From Eledone cirrhosa (taxonomy: Eukaryota), in the NCBI GenBank assembly GCA_964016885.1, contig CAXHJY010001412.1, forward strand, positions 1 through 64,000: 64,000 nt of DNA, written 5' to 3'. The position numbers were made by a program, and so were the translations under genes. The notes below the pieces were generated by a model. It made no database searches. It worked only from the letters and a program-made list of their open reading frames with translations, and was not told the origin of the DNA. Shown piece by piece: positions 56,093 to 64,000 of this stretch. The first letter of the stretch is position 1; the number at the start of each line of letters is the position of its first letter.

Positions 56093-56912
56093 TCATCATC
56101 ATCAACGTTTAACGTCCGTGTTCCACGCTTGCATGGGTTTGGACGGGGGTTTTCCCACTTGAGGCGAGAGTGATTATCTTGCTCGCATAGGACTATCTGG
56201 CGGGTTTTCTACAGTTGGATGCCCTTCCTAACACCAACCACATTTACAGTGTGGGGCTGGGAGGTTTTTACCGTGTTGCCTACACGGCCACATTACAGCG
56301 TGAACTGTGTGTTTTTTTGACATGACACCTACACGATCACATTTGTTTCGGCCTGGATGTTGTGGCACCAACATAACTTTACATTGAAAGGGGTGGTGTG
56401 GATGGGGTGGGGGTGGTGGGATGGGGGTGTATTTTGTTAGAGATGCCTACTGGCTGTAGTAGGTTTTACTATGTATTTAGGTAAGGCGGGTCTTCTCTAT
56501 TACTGAGTACCGCCAAAGGTCTCGGTCCAGTGACATTGTCTTGGAGAGGTGTAAGTGTGTGAGGTCGGAGTTTATCAGCTCGTCCCAGGATTTTCTAGGT
56601 CTGCCTATTCCGTGGCTACCGTCTATCTTTATTGCCCTGCACTTTGTTATACAGCTATCGACTTTCATGCGCATCGCGTGTCCGTACCAACGTAGCCTTC
56701 TCTCGAGTAAACAACATCTGATCCCTCTTATTTCTAATTTTTTCCTTAGTTTGTTTATGCTTTGCTGTTCACGTATATTACTATTACACATCCAGCGGAG
56801 CATGCAAGCTTCGTTTCTCTCTAGTCTGCGTATATCCTCTGCACACAATGCCAAGGTCTCTCTTTCTTGCAAACTAGAACTTTAGTCTTAGCCAGGTTAA
56901 TTTTAAGGCCTT
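56093..56912 (-). mobile_element. RTE LINE 3' fragment with internal deletion
   Basis: (CAT)n tail; ORF 56477-56872; near 56860 the sequence jumps from the GSETW region to the pre-PHD KTKVLVC region. Confidence 0.9.
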
Positions 56913-56919
56913 GTATATA

Positions 56920-57923
56920 TCATCATCATCATCATCAACGTTTAACGTCCGTGTTCCACGCTTGCATGGGTTTGGACGGGGGTAGTCCCACTTGAGGCAA
57001 GAGTGATTGTCTTGCTCGCATAGGACTGTCTGGCAGGTTTTCTACTGTTGGATGCCCTTCCTAACACCAACCACATTTACAGTGTGGGTCTGGGAGGTTT
57101 TTACCGTGTTGCCTACACGGCCACATTACAGCGTGGACTGTGTGTTTTTTTTGTCGTGACACCTACACGATCTCATTTGTTTCGGCCTGGATGGTGTGGC
57201 ACCAACATAACTTTACATAGAAGGGGGTGGTGTGGATGGGGTGGGGGTGGTGGGATGGGGGTGTATTTTGTTAGAGATGCCTACTGGCTGTAGTAGGTTT
57301 TACTATGTATTTAGGTAAGGCGGGTCTTCTCTATTACTGAGTACCGCCAAAGGTCTCGGTCCAGTGACATTGTCTTGGAGAGGTGTAAGTGTGTGAGGTC
57401 GGAGTTTATCAGCTCGTCCCAGGTTTTTCTAGGTCTGCCTATTCCGTGGCTACCGTCTATCTTTATTGCCCTGCACTTTGTTATACAGCTATCGACTTTC
57501 ATGCGCATCACGTGTCCATACCAACGTAGCCTTCTCTCGAGTAAACAACATCTGATCTCTCTTATCTCTAATTTTTTCCTTAGTTTGTTTCTGCTTTGCC
57601 GTTCACGTATATTACTGTTACACATCCAGCGGAGCATGCAAGCTTCGTTCCTCTCTAGTCTGCGTATATCCTCTGCACACAATGCCCAGGTCTCACTGCC
57701 ATGCAGCATTGCTGTTCGTATGCAGGCATCGCACAACCTGCCTTTCATTTTTAGGGAGAACCCTTTAGCAGCTAATAGTGGTATAAGCTCTCTGAACTTT
57801 TTCCAACCAGTTCTGACTCTAGCTACAGTACTTTCAGAGCACCCTCCCCCACTGCTGATTTTATCGCCCAGGTAACGGAAGCTGTCCGCTATTTCTATAG
57901 AACATACATATATATATACATAC

Positions 57924-57954
<31 letters not shown>

Positions 57955-58033
57955 CATATATATATAGAACCCTCTGCGCAATTGAAAGAGCTAGTATTTT
58001 GTGGGCACTTGCTGCTACTTATTGCACCAGAAC
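56920..58033 (-). mobile_element. RTE LINE 3' fragment, tandem with the previous copy, interrupted by a TA microsatellite
   Basis: ORF 57311-57925 (FRYLGD, LHGSETW, RLRWYGHV); homology resumes at 57963-58033. Confidence 0.92.
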
Positions 58034-58072
58034 ATATATATACATACATACATATATACATACATACATACA

Positions 58073-58104
<32 letters not shown>

Positions 58105-58293
58105 CACATATACATACATACATATACACATATATATATATACATACATATACACATATATATATATACATACATATACACATATATATATATACATACA
58201 TATACACATATATATATATACATACATATACACATATATATATATACATACATATACACATATATATATATACATACATATACACATATATAT

Positions 58294-58830
58294 GGTGGCT
58301 GCCAACTCGTTTTCGAGTACGGCCACTACTTTATATCCATGTAGGAGAACCCCTACCGATGCGCTGAACGAGTGTGACTTTTCAGTCCGGCCAGCGACTT
58401 GAAAACCCCGGTACAAACACTACACATGTGACAATTATTGACACATAGTGCTGGGCCCATGGTGCCATGTGACGACAAGTGCAGAGAGATCTCCAGATAT
58501 AAAGCAATGCCTGTGCCGTGAAGCTTTTATAGTGAGCAAAGGCACTGCACAAAGCCAGTCCCACTCTCTTAACCAAGATGATATTTACCAAAAAGAAGAA
58601 CAAGTCAACATCATTGGATATCATCAGGGTTGCAGGTGTGATATCAGAGTTTTCCTTCTCCTAGAATTCTGCCTTGACAAAGGCTAAGGGGTCATCTCTC
58701 CCGGTGATTTTGGATGGCCATTGACTTTTAAGAGCTCCTTTGCCCTTTGACAGGTTTTGTTTTTAGTCCTGCAGGATGTCCAAAGTCACCCTCCCTCACC
58801 AAGAAACCTTGGTGGGTTGCCACTGGCAAC
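58294..58830 (-). mobile_element. Bipartite non-autonomous RTE-derived retroelement, copy 4
   Basis: Same family; 5'-truncated and ends in a short fold-back GTTGCCA-C-TGGCAAC. Confidence 0.88.
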
Positions 58831-59966
<1,136 letters not shown>

Positions 59967-60170
59967 AAGTATGTAATTAACCTTTATGCTCTGATGAGTC
60001 CCACTTATAGTGCGGATGAAACAATGTTAGCAAGTAAAGATATGCATATGCTATAAGCGTTCTTTGTTAGTTATTATATTACGGCTCTGTCCTCAGACAT
60101 TGAGCTAACCTCATACTACCTGCTGGATAAGTGGAGTATTACACACCCCTGATCCTTTCCCTAGCATACT
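59967..60170 (+). mobile_element. ~200-bp solo hammerhead-bearing insert (probable PLE pseudo-LTR or retrozyme-like unit, family D)
   Basis: Unique sequence island between two TA/TACA tracts containing a hammerhead core. Confidence 0.65.
59982..60039 (+). ncRNA. Type I hammerhead ribozyme motif, family D
   Basis: CTTTA-TGCT / CTGATGA / GTCC-CACT-tat-AGTG-c-GGAT / GAAA / C-aat-G-TT / AGCA-ag-TAAAG; predicted cleavage after GUU (60028). Confidence 0.85.
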
Positions 60171-60620
60171 ATATATATATACATACATACATACATATAT
60201 ACATACATACATACATATATACATACATATATATATACATACATACATACATATATATACATACATACATACATATATATACATACATACATACATATAT
60301 ATATACATACATATATATATATACATACATATATATATACATACATATATATATACATACATACATATATATATATATACATACATATATATATATATAC
60401 ATACATATATATATATATATATATACATACATATATATATATATATACATACATATATATATATATACATACATATATATATACATACATATATATATAT
60501 ACATACATATATATATACATACATATATATATATACATACATACATATATATATATATACATACATATATATATATATACATACATATATATATATATAT
60601 ACATACATATATATATATAT

Positions 60621-60651
<31 letters not shown>

Positions 60652-60692
60652 CATACATATATATATATATACATACATACATACATATATAT

Positions 60693-60723
<31 letters not shown>

Positions 60724-60790
60724 CATACATATATATATATATATATACATACATACATACATATATATACATACATACATACATATATAT

Positions 60791-60825
<35 letters not shown>

Positions 60826-60918
60826 CATACATATATATATATATATATACATACATATATATATATACATACATATATATATATATATATACATACATAT
60901 ATATATATATATACATAC

Positions 60919-60953
<35 letters not shown>

Positions 60954-61055
60954 CATACATATATATATATATATATACATACATATATATATATATATAT
61001 ACATACATATATATATATATATATACATACATATATATATATATATATACATACA

Positions 61056-61095
<40 letters not shown>

Positions 61096-61100
61096 CATAC

Positions 61101-61133
<33 letters not shown>

Positions 61134-61139
61134 CATACA

Positions 61140-61199
<60 letters not shown>

Positions 61200-61240
61200 C
61201 ATACATACATATATATATATACATACATATATATATATAC

Positions 61241-61271
<31 letters not shown>

Positions 61272-61347
61272 CATACATATATATATATATACATACATAT
61301 ATATATATACATGCATACATACATATATATATATATACATACATATA

Positions 61348-61393
<46 letters not shown>

Positions 61394-61598
61394 CATATAT
61401 ATATATATATACATACAAACATACATATATATATATACATATACATATATACATACATACAAACATACATATATATATATACATATACATATATACATAC
61501 ATACAAACATACATATATATATACATATACATATATACATACATACAAACATACATATATATATATACATATACATATATACATACATACATATATAT

Positions 61599-61629
<31 letters not shown>

Positions 61630-61749
61630 CATACATACATACATACATATATACATACATACATACATACATATATACATACATACATATATATATATAC
61701 ATACAATATATATATACATACATACATATATACATACATACATATATAC

Positions 61750-61782
<33 letters not shown>

Positions 61783-61783
61783 C

Positions 61784-61816
<33 letters not shown>

Positions 61817-61970
61817 CATACATACATACATATATACATACATATATATATACATATATATATACATACATACATATATACATACATATATACATACATA
61901 TATACATACATATATACATACATACATACATACATACATACATACATACATACATACATACATACATACA

Positions 61971-62002
<32 letters not shown>

Positions 62003-62327
62003 CATACATACATACATATATATATATATATACATACATACATATATATATACATACATACATATATATATACATACATATATATATATACATACATATA
62101 TATATATATATACATACATACATATACATACATATATATATATATACATACATATACATACATATATATATATATACATACATACATATATATATACATA
62201 CATATATATATATATACATACATACATATATATATACATACATACATATATATATACATACATATATATATATATACATACATACATATATATATACATA
62301 CATATATATATATATACATACATACAT
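60171..62327. repeat. (TA)n/(TACA)n microsatellite
   Basis: Directly visible. Confidence 0.99.
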
Positions 62328-62393
62328 GATGGCTGCCCCCTCGTTATCGAGTATGGCCATTGCACAATAAAAAAAAAAAAAAAAAAAAAAAAA

Positions 62394-62477
<84 letters not shown>

Positions 62478-62662
62478 GAAAAAAAAAAAAAAAAAAAAAA
62501 AAAGGGAAAAGATATATATATATATATATACACACATATATATACATATATATATACATACACATATATATACACACACACATACATACACATACATACA
62601 TATATACACACACACATACATACACATACACTCACACATATATACACACATACATTAATAAC

Positions 62663-62705
<43 letters not shown>

Positions 62706-62784
62706 GCAATAATATTAATAACGACAACAACAACAATAATATACATATTCATATATATGTACACACACACGCACGCACATAAGC

Positions 62785-62822
<38 letters not shown>

Positions 62823-63116
62823 GATAGCAACTAACAGTGCTGCGATCGAATGTGGCTTTTTAGCCCAGCCAATGATCTAAAATGTCTTGCACAGAGTCGG
62901 CAACCAAAACATTTACTGGGAATAGTCGGCTGTGGTTGGAGTTCGTGTACTTTTGCATGTCGCTTGAGTCCTCCTGCTGATTTACATTCTCTACCACATG
63001 TTTGGCAAGCATGATGAGTAGCATCTCCAACAGCAGCCTGGTAGTCAACCACTGGTCTTACTTTATGACTGCGAAGATGACTTTCGAGTCCAGCTTTGCT
63101 TAGGCAGAGTCTCGCA
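62328..63116 (-). mobile_element. 3' end of an RTE-clade LINE with three tandem C2H2-type fingers, microsatellite-rich 3' UTR and terminal stem-loop
   Basis: [17 protein letters not shown] / [21 protein letters not shown] / [23 protein letters not shown] (stop at 62831); terminus TGGCCATACTCGATAACGAGGGGGCAGCCATC. Confidence 0.8.
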
Positions 63117-63214
63117 TACATATATATATACATACATATATTATACATACATATATATATACATACATATATATATACATACATATATATATACATACAT
63201 ATATATATATATAC

Positions 63215-63247
<33 letters not shown>

Positions 63248-63279
63248 CATATATATACATACATACATATATATATACA

Positions 63280-63315
<36 letters not shown>

Positions 63316-63387
63316 TACATACATATATATATATACATACATATATATATACATACATATATATATACATACATATATATATATACA

Positions 63388-63433
<46 letters not shown>

Positions 63434-63518
63434 CATACATATATACATACATATATATATATATATACATACATATATATATATACATACATATATACAT
63501 ACATATATATATATACAT

Positions 63519-63934
63519 GGTGGCTGCCAACTCGTTTTCGAGTACGGCCACTACTTTATATCCATGTAGGAGAACCCCTACCGAAGCGCTGAACGAGTGT
63601 GACTTTTTAGTCCAGCCAGCGACTTGAAAACTCTGGTACAAACACTACACCTGTGACAATTATTGACACATAGTGCTGGGCCCATGGTACCATGTGAGGA
63701 CAAGTGCAGAGAGATCTCCAGATACAAAGCAATGCCTGTGCCGTGAAGCTTTTATAGTGAGCAAAGGCACTGCACAAAGCCAGTCCCACTCTCTTAACCA
63801 AGATGATATTTACCAAAAAGAAGAACAAGTCAACATCATTGGATACCATCAGTGTTGCAGGTGTTATATCAGAGTTTTCCTTCTCCTAGAATTCTGCCTT
63901 GACAAAGGCTAAGGGGTCATCTCTCCCGGTGATT
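63519..63934 (-). mobile_element. Bipartite non-autonomous RTE-derived retroelement, copy 5 (5'-truncated)
   Basis: Same family and same 3' terminus; TA/TACA tract on both sides. Confidence 0.88.
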
Positions 63935-63966
63935 AATATATATACATACATATATATATACATACA

Positions 63967-64000
<34 letters not shown>

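Overview
This is AT-rich animal genomic DNA made almost entirely of repeats. I found no supportable host protein-coding gene, and the long Y/I/M/C/H/T 'ORFs' are artefacts of (TA)n(CA) microsatellite. The repeat content (kilobase TA/TACA tracts, RTE LINEs with (GAT)n tails, tRNA-derived SINEs) suggests a coleoid cephalopod, probably Octopus; this is an inference. Both ends of the window (1-14.1 kb and 53-64 kb) are fields of strand-polarised TA/TACA microsatellite packed with retroelements. These include (i) Penelope-like elements (PLEs), among them a Hydra-clade GIY-YIG fragment missed by the ORF track, with inverted pseudo-LTRs; (ii) six intact-core type I hammerhead ribozyme motifs from three unrelated sequence families, plus one degenerate candidate; and (iii) five co-oriented copies of a ~610-bp bipartite non-autonomous RTE derivative (RTE-like 5' UTR fused to the last C2H2 finger and 3' stem-loop), with the 3' end of a related RTE LINE nearby. 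The middle contains a 6.76-kb 32-bp satellite with nested higher-order duplications, several RTE LINEs carrying a PHD-type finger inside the RT region, a non-autonomous Helitron, CR1 and CRE-type LINE fragments, a Tc1/mariner end, SINEs and MITE-like relics. All folds and homologies were read by eye and need computational confirmation.
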